Origin: Bacteroidota bacterium
GTDB taxonomy: Bacteria; Bacteroidota; Bacteroidia; Bacteroidales; Lentimicrobiaceae
Direction: 5' to 3'
Length of the DNA: 64,000 nt
Assembly: GCA_023441805.1 (NCBI GenBank)
Contig: JAEZNO010000025.1
Span: 13,284 to 77,283, forward strand
Position 1 is the first letter of the stretch; each line of letters begins with the position of its first letter. This document shows, piece by piece, positions 9,938 through 20,233 of the stretch. The position numbers and the translations under genes were made by a program. The notes under the pieces were generated by a model. That model worked only from the letters and a program-made list of their open reading frames with translations, was not told the DNA's origin and made no database searches.

Positions 9938-11404
9938 TCAATCAACTAAAAAGACTTCATCCTGATCGATTTGACGCAACTTTACCTTCTCAATAGCATT
10001 TACCATATCGGATGAGTATGGTCTTTTGCACCTTATATAATTACCTGTAAAACCAAACATGTGACCGTTATCAACATCCGATTCCCACAATACTTCCTGC
10101 TCAGTGTCTTGATTGTCAGAGTAAAATTTATGCTTTTTGTGTTCGGAAAGTTCATGAAGGATTTTACTTCTTCTTGCTTTCTCCTTTTCTGATATCTGCC
10201 CGCCCATACTTGCTGATTTAGTACCGGGTCGCGATGAATACGTAAAGACATGCAAATAAGAAATATCTAATCTCTTAATGAAGTTAACAGTATCTTCAAA
10301 GTCTTCTTCAGTCTCACCCGGGAAACCGGTAATCACATCAGCAGCTATACATGCATGAGGCATCAGTTGTTTTATTTTGCTAACGCGAGCCTCAAACACC
10401 TCTCTCTTGTACTTTCGTCGCATAAGTTCAAGGATTCTATCAGTTCCTGATTGAAGAGGAATATGAAAATGATGCATTAACCTGTTTGATTTACTTACAA
10501 GCTCAATTATTTCATCTTTTAATAATTCAGGTTCGATAGAAGATATTCGAATACGGTCAATACCTGTGAGATTATCAAGCTCTTTGACAAGATCCAGAAA
10601 AGACTCGTTATGCTGACGGCCAAAATCACCAATATTCACACCGGTAAGAACTATTTCGCGAATATCAGTAGAAGCAATCTGCTGTGCTACTTTCATGGTT
10701 TCACTTATTGTTGCACTTCTGCTTCTGCCTCGTGCAAATGGTATAGCACAATATGTGCAGAAATAATCGCAACCATCCTGTACCTTGAAGAAAGAGCGTG
10801 TACGATCATTAAGTGAATATCCCGGCTCATAGACTTTAGACCGTAGGTAGTTCTTAATAGGTCGTTGATTGGTTGTATTTTCATCCAACAATTCCGCTCC
10901 CTGTCCTGCAGTGTATAAACTACTGCCTATTTCTGAACTCAAACTGTCTAAAGCATTTTCAAAGGCATTCTCCGGCAGATCATCTTCACCTATCGAAATA
11001 GCTGTATCTATGGATGATTTTGTATTAGTAATTTGGAAGTCGGAAGCCGGGTGGGGATCATTATTACTATTGATAACTTCAAAGAGTTTAAATTTTTCGC
11101 TATTCCCTAAAACAATATTGACCCCTGGCATCTTTAATAGTTCTTCAGGTTTGAGTTGAGAATAGCAGCCAATTACAGCAACTGATGCATCAGGATTTCT
11201 TTTGGTTGATTGTCGTATTGCAGCCTTACATTTCTTCTCAGCTTGAGAAGTTACAGTACATGAATGAATAACGTAAATGTCAGCTTTATCCTTGAAATCG
11301 ACTATTGTATATTGATCTTCAGTGAACTTTCGAGCTATTGCTGATGTTTCAGCAAAATTCAGTTTACATCCAAAAGTATGAAACGCAATCTTTGTTTTTC
11401 CCAT
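9938..11404 (-). CDS. mtaB: tRNA t6A37 methylthiotransferase MtaB
   Basis: TFGCKLNFAET, SCTVT, GCY, radical-SAM KVQDGCDYFCTYC, RIRISSIEP. Confidence 0.93.
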   Translation of the reverse strand: MGKTKIAFHTFGCKLNFAETSAIARKFTEDQYTIVDFKDKADIYVIHSCTVTSQAEKKCKAAIRQSTKRNPDASVAVIGCYSQLKPEELLKMPGVNIVLGNSEKFKLFEVINSNNDPHPASDFQITNTKSSIDTAISIGEDDLPENAFENALDSLSSEIGSSLYTAGQGAELLDENTTNQRPIKNYLRSKVYEPGYSLNDRTRSFFKVQDGCDYFCTYCAIPFARGRSRSATISETMKVAQQIASTDIREIVLTGVNIGDFGRQHNESFLDLVKELDNLTGIDRIRISSIEPELLKDEIIELVSKSNRLMHHFHIPLQSGTDRILELMRRKYKREVFEARVSKIKQLMPHACIAADVITGFPGETEEDFEDTVNFIKRLDISYLHVFTYSSRPGTKSASMGGQISEKEKARRSKILHELSEHKKHKFYSDNQDTEQEVLWESDVDNGHMFGFTGNYIRCKRPYSSDMVNAIEKVKLRQIDQDEVFLVD

Positions 11405-11530
11405 GCTGCAAAATTAACTGATATAATGGTATGGATGATGCTCAAACAGAAAGCTATATGAGAATGTTGTCCCATGAAATTGAAGATGACAGATTTGAAA
11501 TATTGGATTTATTAATTTCGCATCCCTTGA

Positions 11531-11944
11531 ATGACAATTATGAGAAAGCCTGTTACCAGTATCAATGAAAGCCTTAATGTTTGGACTAATAAGACTATCA
11601 TGATAGTTGAGGATGTGGATTCAAACTACTCATACTTAGCTGCAACCCTTAGGAAGTCGGGAGCTCAATTAATTTGGGCTAAGAGTGGGGAAGATGCACT
11701 ACAACTCATCACAGATGGTGTTCGTCCTGATCTGGTATTAATGGACGTTCAGCTTTCAGGTATTGACGGGTATAAGGTTACTGAAATGATTAAAGAGAAA
11801 TTACCCAACCTGCCAATAATTGCTCAGACTGCTTATGCTATGGTAGGGGAGAAAGAAAAGAGTTCAATTGCCGGATGTGATGATTATTTGCCCAAACCCA
11901 TCCGACCAGGGCAGCTCTTAGAAACTATTAGCAAGTATCTTTAA
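11531..11944 (+). CDS. Single-domain response regulator (REC)
   Basis: IVED, LMD, TAYA, KP motifs; no output domain. Confidence 0.9.
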   Translation: MTIMRKPVTSINESLNVWTNKTIMIVEDVDSNYSYLAATLRKSGAQLIWAKSGEDALQLITDGVRPDLVLMDVQLSGIDGYKVTEMIKEKLPNLPIIAQTAYAMVGEKEKSSIAGCDDYLPKPIRPGQLLETISKYL

Positions 11945-11995
11945 ATCCACAATGGAGTATTCAACTAATAGAGAAACTCGTCGACTCAGGCAAAA

Positions 11996-12034
11996 TAAAA
12001 AGAATGCTGAATGAATTACCACTCAGCATTCTTC
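11996..12034. terminator. Terminator hairpin between convergent genes
   Basis: AAGAATGCTGA...TCAGCATTCTT with an A-run on the left (U-tail on the minus strand). Confidence 0.7.
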
Positions 12035-12061
12035 AGTAATTTCCTCATTCAAAGTCTAATA

Positions 12062-13063
12062 TCAGGCACCTAATGTTGCAACCATAACTGCTTTGATAGT
12101 ATGAAGACGATTCTCTGCTTCGTCAAATACCAGCGACATAGGAGATTCGAATACATCTTCAGATACTTCCATTGACTCAAGGCCGTACTTCTGGAAGATT
12201 TCCTCTCCAACAGTGGTTTCACGATTATGGAATGCTGGTAAACAGTGCAGGAATTTCACATTTGGATTGCCGGTCTTTTTTACAACATCCATATTTACCT
12301 GATATGGACTTAGCAGCTTGATTCTCTCAGTCCATACTTCGGCAGGTTCACCCATAGAAACCCAAACATCAGTATAAAGGAAATCAACTCCCTTAACACC
12401 TTCTTCAACGTTTTCTGTAAGAGTAATTTTTGCACCTGTTTCTTTAGCTATCTCGCGACATTTCGCAACCAGTTCTTCGTTTGGCCAACATGCTTTTGGG
12501 GCAACGGCCCTGAAATCCATACCCATCTTGGCAGCTCCAACCATTAATGAATTACCCATATTATTACGGGCATCACCAAGATAAGCAAAAGCTACACTAT
12601 GCAATGGTTTGTCACTGTGTTCCATCATTGTCAGGAAGTCAGCAAGTATTTGTGTTGGATGAAATTCATTGGTAAGACCATTCCATACCGGTACACCTGC
12701 ATATTCACCAAGTGTTTCAACAATATTTTGAGCATACCCGCGATATTCAATTCCATCATACATACGTCCCAGAACTCTCGCAGTGTCTTTCATTGATTCT
12801 TTCTTACCCATCTGTGAACCTGAAGGTCCGAGATATGTAACGTGGGCACCCTGATCGAGGGCTGCTACTTCGAAGGCACAACGTGTGCGGGTGGAGTCTT
12901 TTTCAAAAAGTAGAACTATATTCTTTCCTTTCAACTTCTGTTGTTCGGTTCCTGCGTATTTAGCACGCTTCAGATCTGCAGCGAGTTGTAATAAATGCTT
13001 GATTTCCTGAGGGGTAAAATCAAGTAACTTTAAAAAATTGCGGTTTCTAAGATTGAATGCCAT
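12062..13063 (-). CDS. arcB: Ornithine carbamoyltransferase, probably catabolic
   Basis: STRTR, HPTQ, WVSMG, HCLPAFH; directly downstream of carbamate kinase. Confidence 0.92.
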   Translation of the reverse strand: MAFNLRNRNFLKLLDFTPQEIKHLLQLAADLKRAKYAGTEQQKLKGKNIVLLFEKDSTRTRCAFEVAALDQGAHVTYLGPSGSQMGKKESMKDTARVLGRMYDGIEYRGYAQNIVETLGEYAGVPVWNGLTNEFHPTQILADFLTMMEHSDKPLHSVAFAYLGDARNNMGNSLMVGAAKMGMDFRAVAPKACWPNEELVAKCREIAKETGAKITLTENVEEGVKGVDFLYTDVWVSMGEPAEVWTERIKLLSPYQVNMDVVKKTGNPNVKFLHCLPAFHNRETTVGEEIFQKYGLESMEVSEDVFESPMSLVFDEAENRLHTIKAVMVATLGA

Positions 13064-13090
13064 GGTGATTATTTTTTTATGTTTGATTAC

Positions 13091-14035
13091 TTAAATGATT
13101 GCTATTCTTGTACCTCCATTATCGATACCCAGCTTTTCAGCATTAGTAATGATAGCTTCTTTTCCGGTGCCTTCCACAAAGCTAATTGCAGCCCTGATCT
13201 TCGGAGCCATACTACCTTCAGCAAATTGACCCTGTTCAAGATAGCGTCTTGCTTCCATGATAGTCATACGGTCAATGGCCTTTTCTTGTGGAGTATTGAA
13301 ATTGATGCAGACTTTTGGTACGTCGGTAAGGATGAATAATTTATCAGCACGGATCTGAACAGCAAGCAATGAGGAAGCTAAATCCTTATCAATAACTGCA
13401 TCTATTCCCTGTAGTTTGTTTCTTTCTACATAAAACTGAGGAATTCCACCGCCACCAACAGCAATAACTATCTGACCTGCTCGTGCAAGAGTTTCAATAG
13501 ATTTCTGATTACTTATAACGAGAGGTTTAGGGCTGGCAACTACTTTTCTGTAACCTCTGCCACGCGGATCTGCGGCAAATACTGCACCGGTTTCGGCAGT
13601 AATCTTATCCGCATCCTCCTTACAATAATATGGACCAACGGGTTTAGTAGGTTTCTCAAAGGCAGGATCACTTTTATCAACAAGCACCTGTGTGATGATA
13701 GATATTACATCACGTTCAAGATCATTGGCTGTCATTACATTACGTAATTGTTGTTCAATGATATAGCCTATGAATCCTTGTGAGTAGGCTACAGCAACAT
13801 CCAATGGCATATCAGGTAAGCCATATGTTTTATGACCGGCAGTGTTTGCCAATAAAATGTTACCAACCTGTGGTCCATTACCGTGTGTTACAACGATATT
13901 GTAATTATTTCTGATGAGGACAAGTAATTTTTCTGCAGTGTAATAAGCATTTTGTTCCTGGTCGTCAATAGTACCTTTTTGGTCGCTCCTCAATAGTGCG
14001 TTTCCGCCGAGTGCTACAACAGCTAGTTTATTCAT
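13091..14035 (-). CDS. arcC: Carbamate kinase
   Basis: ALGGNAL, THGNGPQVG, PTKPVG, GGGGIP, VIDKD, GSMAPK. Confidence 0.95.
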   Translation of the reverse strand: MNKLAVVALGGNALLRSDQKGTIDDQEQNAYYTAEKLLVLIRNNYNIVVTHGNGPQVGNILLANTAGHKTYGLPDMPLDVAVAYSQGFIGYIIEQQLRNVMTANDLERDVISIITQVLVDKSDPAFEKPTKPVGPYYCKEDADKITAETGAVFAADPRGRGYRKVVASPKPLVISNQKSIETLARAGQIVIAVGGGGIPQFYVERNKLQGIDAVIDKDLASSLLAVQIRADKLFILTDVPKVCINFNTPQEKAIDRMTIMEARRYLEQGQFAEGSMAPKIRAAISFVEGTGKEAIITNAEKLGIDNGGTRIAII

Positions 14036-14113
14036 GAAGTTTGATAAGATTAAGGTTAATCGTGCAAAATTATGAGAATTTAACTACAAAGCAAGAATCA
14101 TTACTTTTGTACG

Positions 14114-15013
14114 ATGAGTAATCAAAAAAGATCGTTTGCCTTTGCTATTGTCGCTATCCTTCTTTGGAGTACTGTAGGCACTGCATTTAAAATATCACTT
14201 CGTTATTTGAATTATGCTGAATTACTTCTACTGGCGTCGCTTGTCTCTGCATGTTTGACCGGCATCACAATAATCTTTAATGGTCAGATTAAGCTGATTA
14301 GTAAAACCAGCCCTAAGGAATGGCTGCTCTCAGCATCCCTGGGTTTTCTGAATCCATTTGCATATTATCTGATACTCTTTAAGGCATTCTCTTTATTACA
14401 AGCCCAAGAAGCAGTTGCTTTAAACTATATTTGGCCAATGATGCTTGTGCTGCTTTCTGTCCCAATATTGAAACAGAAGATAAAATGGACAAATGTCATT
14501 GCCCTGCTTATCAGTTTTTCGGGAGCTATACTTATTGCCACTCGGGGAAAGCCATTCAGCCTTGATCTTAAAGAACCTTTGGGCGTGACTCTTGCATTGA
14601 GCAGCGCTATCTTCTGGGCACTCTTTTGGTTGATGAATGTTCGCGACAAGAGAGAGGAAACGCTTAAACTCTTTATGAATTTTACTTTTGGCTTTTTATA
14701 TACCCTGATCTTTTGTCTATTTACCGACAATATCCCTGAGATTAATCTCTCAGGCTTTTTAGGTTCTGTATATGTAGGATTATTTGAAATGGGAATAACC
14801 TTCATCCTATGGTTAAAGGCCTTAAAATATGCTGAGAACACTGCCAGGGTGAGTAACTTGGTTTATCTTTCACCATTTATGTCACTCATCTTTATTTCAA
14901 TTGTAATAGGCGAGAAGATTCTACTGTCAACTCTAGCAGGATTGGTATTAATTATAACGGGAATAATTTTACAACAGATACTAACCCGGAAAAGAAAAAC
15001 TGTCAGATCTTAG
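14114..15013 (+). CDS. EamA/DMT family transporter
   Basis: About 10 hydrophobic segments in two repeats; LLWST, YLSPF, IGEKI. Confidence 0.88.
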   Translation: MSNQKRSFAFAIVAILLWSTVGTAFKISLRYLNYAELLLLASLVSACLTGITIIFNGQIKLISKTSPKEWLLSASLGFLNPFAYYLILFKAFSLLQAQEAVALNYIWPMMLVLLSVPILKQKIKWTNVIALLISFSGAILIATRGKPFSLDLKEPLGVTLALSSAIFWALFWLMNVRDKREETLKLFMNFTFGFLYTLIFCLFTDNIPEINLSGFLGSVYVGLFEMGITFILWLKALKYAENTARVSNLVYLSPFMSLIFISIVIGEKILLSTLAGLVLIITGIILQQILTRKRKTVRS

Positions 15014-15081
15014 TCTTTTTCAGTGTATTAACCTATTTCATGGAATGATAATTTCAATATTCATCATGCAAAATTCATCAT

Positions 15082-17364
15082 TCAGAGCGGCCTTTCGTAC
15101 TTACTCATTTTTTTATTTGGCTTATTTCCCATGAAGAATTCCAGTTTGCCACCATTAACAATGTCAGCATGAGTTATGAAGGTCTTAGTATAAGGTTTAC
15201 CATTCAATGAAATTTCCTGAATGAATATGTTATCGCCTCCTGCATTGTGGGTGGTAATGTTAAATTTCTTACCATTTTCAAGATTTATTGTTAATGAGGG
15301 AACTTGTGGAGAGCCAAATACATACACTCCATTAGCAGGATTAACAGGATAAAATCCCATTGTACTGAAAATATACCAAGCCGACATTTGACCGCAGTCT
15401 TCGTTACCTGAGTATCCGGAAGGTTTTTCTGTATATTGTTCATTCATTACTTTAGCTGCATAGTATTGAGCTTTCCAAGGCTCACCGGCATAATTGTACA
15501 GATAAATAATATGGTGACTTGGTTCATTTCCGTGCGCATATTGTCCGATAAAGCCTGAGGCATTTCCATTTACATCATCAGGTTTTGCATTTAAGTTAAA
15601 GAACTCATCAAGTTTTGCTATAAATGCCTGTTCACCGCCAAGCATCTTAATGAAGTAATTTACATCGTGAGGAACATACCATAGATATTGCCAACCATTA
15701 CCTTCAGTAAAAGGATATCCACCATTGCCACCATATTTAAGTGGAGAGAAGGGCTCAATCCATTTTCCCTGATCATCTTTTGCTCTGAAAAATCCAATTG
15801 TATTGTCAAAATGATTCCTGTAATACTCCGATCTTGCTTTAAAGTAGTTGAAATCATTTGTTTTACCCATTTTCTCTGCCATGTTAGCAACGCACCAATC
15901 ATTATAGGCTACTTCCAATGCAATACTGACAGATTGCGATTGCTTGTTTTCAGGGATGTATTTGAACTGATCAAGTAAATTAAAAGCACCATGCTGATGT
16001 GGAATTCTCGAGGAAGCATTTATTGCTTCCCATGCATGATTATAATCTATACCTTCAATTCCTTTATTATATGCATCGACTATTACCGGAATAGCATGGT
16101 TGCCGATCATACAGTAAGTTTCTTTCCCCCATAGCTGCCAGATCGGCAAATAGCCATAATCATCATATTGTCTGAGCATCGAGTTGATAAAACTTGCTGC
16201 ACGGGAAGGCTCCAATATCGTGTATAATGGGTGAGCAGCTCTGTAAGTATCCCATAATGAGAATGTGCTATAATGTTTGTTATCGGATGCTTTTTTTAAT
16301 TCTGAAGTGCTATTTATATAGTTCCCGTTAACATCGGCCAGGTTATTTGGCTGAATGAGTGTATGATATAGTGAAGTGTAGAATATAGTTTTTAGTTTAT
16401 CCGATCCTTCAATATCAACAACTGATAGCTCTTTATTCCAGATGTCTCTTGTTTGCTTATGAACTCTATCGAAATCAAACCCATTGATTTCTGCCTTCAG
16501 GTTTTCTCTTGCTCCATCGTAGCTTACTGATGATAAACCTACTTTAACGATTAGCGGTGTACCAGGATTTTTATCGAAAAATGCAACCATCTTAAGATTA
16601 GTGTGGTTGGCAATAGGTACATTTTCATATACTCGATTACCTGCCTTCATGTATTGTTTACTGAACGGTTTCGAAAACTCAGCCCTGAAATATACCCTTC
16701 TTTGGTTAGCCCACCCGGTAATAGTTCGATAACCCTCTATTGTGTGATCATCTATCACTCTTATTTGAGCATCAATAATCCGGCACGACCAATAAGGACG
16801 GCTCTTGTCAAGTGAATGATCTAAATCTATCATCAGATAAAATGGTAATCCATCGTATGATGAATACCTGTGCATTCCACAATGTTCTGTTGCAGTCAAT
16901 TCAGCAACAATAGCAGCATTATCAAGAACAACACTATAGAATCCCGGTGATGCTTTTTCCTTATTGTGACTGAATGTTGAGCTATAACCTTTTACTTTTC
17001 CCTTTGTATAAGGCTCCCAGGCAATTTGTCCCTTAAAAGGCATGAAGAGAAAATCAAACAGGTCAGCTACTCCTGTACCACTTAGGTGTGTATGGCTGAA
17101 TCCAACAATGGTATCATCAGCATAATCATAACCACTACAAGGATCTTCAGGATTGTCATCAGTGTCCGGACTTAGTTGCACTAAACCGAAAGGATAAGTA
17201 GCTCCCGGAAAGTTACTGCCCGATAAACTTAGTGAGTCAACCGACCCTGATCCAATAAAAGGATTTACATAGGCAGAATAATCCTTAATCGGCTGTATCT
17301 GAGCATTAACAGTCGCAAGAAAGAACAATACACTAAAGATCGAAAGAGTAGTTTTTTTCATCAT
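15082..17364 (-). CDS. GH92 alpha-mannosidase, secreted
   Basis: Signal peptide; VNPFIG, FSHTHLSGTG, SLWDTYR, TEGN, HGNEPSHH, GNEDCGQMSAW. Confidence 0.93.
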   Translation of the reverse strand: MMKKTTLSIFSVLFFLATVNAQIQPIKDYSAYVNPFIGSGSVDSLSLSGSNFPGATYPFGLVQLSPDTDDNPEDPCSGYDYADDTIVGFSHTHLSGTGVADLFDFLFMPFKGQIAWEPYTKGKVKGYSSTFSHNKEKASPGFYSVVLDNAAIVAELTATEHCGMHRYSSYDGLPFYLMIDLDHSLDKSRPYWSCRIIDAQIRVIDDHTIEGYRTITGWANQRRVYFRAEFSKPFSKQYMKAGNRVYENVPIANHTNLKMVAFFDKNPGTPLIVKVGLSSVSYDGARENLKAEINGFDFDRVHKQTRDIWNKELSVVDIEGSDKLKTIFYTSLYHTLIQPNNLADVNGNYINSTSELKKASDNKHYSTFSLWDTYRAAHPLYTILEPSRAASFINSMLRQYDDYGYLPIWQLWGKETYCMIGNHAIPVIVDAYNKGIEGIDYNHAWEAINASSRIPHQHGAFNLLDQFKYIPENKQSQSVSIALEVAYNDWCVANMAEKMGKTNDFNYFKARSEYYRNHFDNTIGFFRAKDDQGKWIEPFSPLKYGGNGGYPFTEGNGWQYLWYVPHDVNYFIKMLGGEQAFIAKLDEFFNLNAKPDDVNGNASGFIGQYAHGNEPSHHIIYLYNYAGEPWKAQYYAAKVMNEQYTEKPSGYSGNEDCGQMSAWYIFSTMGFYPVNPANGVYVFGSPQVPSLTINLENGKKFNITTHNAGGDNIFIQEISLNGKPYTKTFITHADIVNGGKLEFFMGNKPNKKMSKYERPL

Positions 17365-17459
17365 TTATCAGATTTGAATAGTGCAAATATAGCACCCCTT
17401 TGATGAATGATGAATTATTGAATGATGAATGTTAATTTACACATTTCAACGTAGGGATT

Positions 17460-19202
17460 TCACAAATAGAAGTATGCTATAATGCCTTCCAGTTTGGATC
17501 TCATCGACTTATTAACTTCATCAAATTGATGTTTGTCGGGAAGTGTTCCTTTTACACCGAAATAGAATTTTATTTTAGGTTCTGTTCCTGAAGGACGAAT
17601 GGTTATTTTGCTGCCTCCTTCAAGAAAGAACTGTAGTACATCTGATTTGGGAAGATCAATTGGATAATCTTTGTTTGTCATGAAATTGTGTTCTTCTTGT
17701 TTCAGATAATCCCTTACAGCAATAACATGGAGTCCATTAATCTCTTTAGGCGGGTTATTGCGGTAACCTTCCATCATCTGCCTAATCTCTTCAGCACCGG
17801 ATTTACCCTTCTTGGTTATGGAAACGAGATCTTCAAGATAGAACCCATATTTCACATAAATGTCAATGAGTAGTTCATACATTGACATTCCCTTCTCTTT
17901 TGCCCAGGCAGCTGCTTCGGCCAGCATACAACATGCACTAACAGCATCTTTGTCACGCACAAAATCACCAACCAGGTAACCGTAACTTTCCTCACCGCCT
18001 CCTATGAAAGATTTTACTCCCTCATACTTTCTTATAATCTCAGCTATGTACTTGAAACCCGTGAGTACATCAAATGACTCCACTTTCATGCTGTGAGCTA
18101 TATCTTTAAGTAACTCCGATGTGACAATTGTCTTGGCAATAAACTCATTACCGGTCAATTTACCGAGTTTTTCCCATTGGGTTATTAAATAATATATAAG
18201 TATAGAAGCTGATTGGTTACCATTTAACAAAATGAATTGTCCGTTGTCATCTTTAACACCCACACCCACTCGGTCGGCATCAGGGTCGGTTGCAAGGATG
18301 ATTTCGGCATTGATTTCTTTAGCTAAATCGAGTGCCATGGCCATTGCAGCCTTTTCTTCAGGGTTAGGAGAGACTACCGTAGTGAAATTGCCATCAGGTA
18401 CCATTTGTTCCTCAACAAGGTTGATATTTTGGAAGCCAAATTCCTTTAAAGCCTTAGGTACAAGAGTACCGCCGGTTCCATGAATTGCAGTATATACAAT
18501 CTTTAAGTCTTTGTGCTTCTTTATAATATCAGGTGATAATGAAAGTGATTTAACAGCTGACAGATATACATTGTCTACATCAGCACCTATTTTGGTTATC
18601 AATGATTCACCACCTGTAAATTTTATTTCATTTATATCATTGATTTTCTTGACCTCAGCAATCACATTTTTATCGTGGGGAGGTACCAGTTGCCCCCCAT
18701 CATTCCAATAAACCTTATATCCGTTATACTCCTTTGGATTGTGCGAAGCTGTGATTACAATTCCCGATTGACACTTGAGGTGACGGACCGCAAATGACAA
18801 TTCTGGTGTCGGACGAAGGTTCTCAAACAGATATACCTTTATACCATTAGCAGCCAGTACATTAGCAGTCACTTCAGCAAAATATCGTGAGTTATTCCTT
18901 GAGTCAAACGCAATTGCTACGCTTATCTGAGGAAGATCAGCAAAACTCTTCTTAAGGTAGTTAGCTAATCCTTGTGTGGCGGTTCCAACAGTATATTTAT
19001 TCATCCGGTTAGTACCGGCACCCATGATACCTCTCAGACCTCCAGTACCAAATTCCAAATCCTTGTAAAAACTCTCAATAAGTTCTGATTCATCAAATTG
19101 CATCATATTTTGGACAGAGATGCGTGTTTCTTCATCATAATTGTTCTGAAGCCACTGTTTGGCTTTTGCTAATATTTCAGGGGCTACTACTCTAGTTGTC
19201 AT
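17460..19202 (-). CDS. pgm: Phosphoglucomutase/phosphomannomutase
   Basis: FGTGGLRG, TASHNP, DPDADR, GEESYG, RPSGTEPKIK. Confidence 0.93.
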   Translation of the reverse strand: MTTRVVAPEILAKAKQWLQNNYDEETRISVQNMMQFDESELIESFYKDLEFGTGGLRGIMGAGTNRMNKYTVGTATQGLANYLKKSFADLPQISVAIAFDSRNNSRYFAEVTANVLAANGIKVYLFENLRPTPELSFAVRHLKCQSGIVITASHNPKEYNGYKVYWNDGGQLVPPHDKNVIAEVKKINDINEIKFTGGESLITKIGADVDNVYLSAVKSLSLSPDIIKKHKDLKIVYTAIHGTGGTLVPKALKEFGFQNINLVEEQMVPDGNFTTVVSPNPEEKAAMAMALDLAKEINAEIILATDPDADRVGVGVKDDNGQFILLNGNQSASILIYYLITQWEKLGKLTGNEFIAKTIVTSELLKDIAHSMKVESFDVLTGFKYIAEIIRKYEGVKSFIGGGEESYGYLVGDFVRDKDAVSACCMLAEAAAWAKEKGMSMYELLIDIYVKYGFYLEDLVSITKKGKSGAEEIRQMMEGYRNNPPKEINGLHVIAVRDYLKQEEHNFMTNKDYPIDLPKSDVLQFFLEGGSKITIRPSGTEPKIKFYFGVKGTLPDKHQFDEVNKSMRSKLEGIIAYFYL

Positions 19203-19360
19203 GGGCTTTAATTGTTTAAATACTCTTGAAATGCAAATCTTTATAACAGAGAAATTATTTTGGTGTTCACCCTGGTTAAGGGAATAATATCGATAGAATA
19301 ATTAACGGGTTACTTTGTAACTTGCTTCTTTAAAGATACAAAAAAAATCCTAACCTTCAG

Positions 19361-20233
19361 TTAAGTAGGTCGATTTTCTGTCTCGTAGAATTGTTTAAGA
19401 CACACTACAAGACTGTCATACCACCATGGAATTTCTACGCCTGTGACTGACTTAAAATGTGTTTTATCCAGTACACTATAATGTGGCCGGATGGCCGGGG
19501 TAGGATAGTCTTTTGTAAGTATCGGTTCAATCTTACAATTAATGTTTTTTATTTCAACAATTGCTTTTGCAAAATCATACCAACTACAAATTCCTTCATT
19601 TGAGAAATGATAGATTCCCGGAGCAGCATCTTTACTTATAAGAGTCATAATCCCTTCCGCAAGATCACCTGCCCATGTCGGGGTTCCTGTTTGGTCAGAT
19701 ACTACTCGGATGGCTCCTTTTTCAGAACAAATTCTTAATACTATTTTCATGAAATTATTGCCAAATATTGAGTAAAGCCAAGATGTACGAACTATTATTG
19801 AACGAGGGTTATTAACCAGGACAAGGTCTTCACCAAGGGATTTCGACCGGGCATAGATGCCTTGAGGGTTTTTGGGATGATCCTCTTTATAGGGTTTACT
19901 TCCATCACCACCAAACACGTAATCAGTACTGATATGTATCAGCCGACATCTGTGCTTATCAGTCAATTTAGCCAAAAGTGCCGGTGCTTCAGCATTAAGT
20001 TTGTTGCATAATGAAACATCCTGTTCTGCCTTATCGACAGCAGTGTAAGCTGCACAATTAACAACCCAGTTAGGATTGAATTTATCTAATATATTTTCGA
20101 CATCACTCTCATTAGTGATATCGAGTTCGGGTAAATCAGTAAACAGGAATTCAGTATTATCAGGTGCGTTATCCTTCAATCTTAAGTGATTTCCAAGCTG
20201 GCCATTGCTTCCTGTTACAAGTATTCTCTTCAT
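19361..20233 (-). CDS. rfbD: dTDP-4-dehydrorhamnose reductase
   Basis: TGSNGQLG, AAYTAVDKAE, ISTDYVF, YARSK. Confidence 0.95.
   Translation of the reverse strand: MKRILVTGSNGQLGNHLRLKDNAPDNTEFLFTDLPELDITNESDVENILDKFNPNWVVNCAAYTAVDKAEQDVSLCNKLNAEAPALLAKLTDKHRCRLIHISTDYVFGGDGSKPYKEDHPKNPQGIYARSKSLGEDLVLVNNPRSIIVRTSWLYSIFGNNFMKIVLRICSEKGAIRVVSDQTGTPTWAGDLAEGIMTLISKDAAPGIYHFSNEGICSWYDFAKAIVEIKNINCKIEPILTKDYPTPAIRPHYSVLDKTHFKSVTGVEIPWWYDSLVVCLKQFYETENRPT

Noticed and set aside
10850..11071. Intein in MtaB
   Set aside because: Too short and lacks intein terminal motifs.
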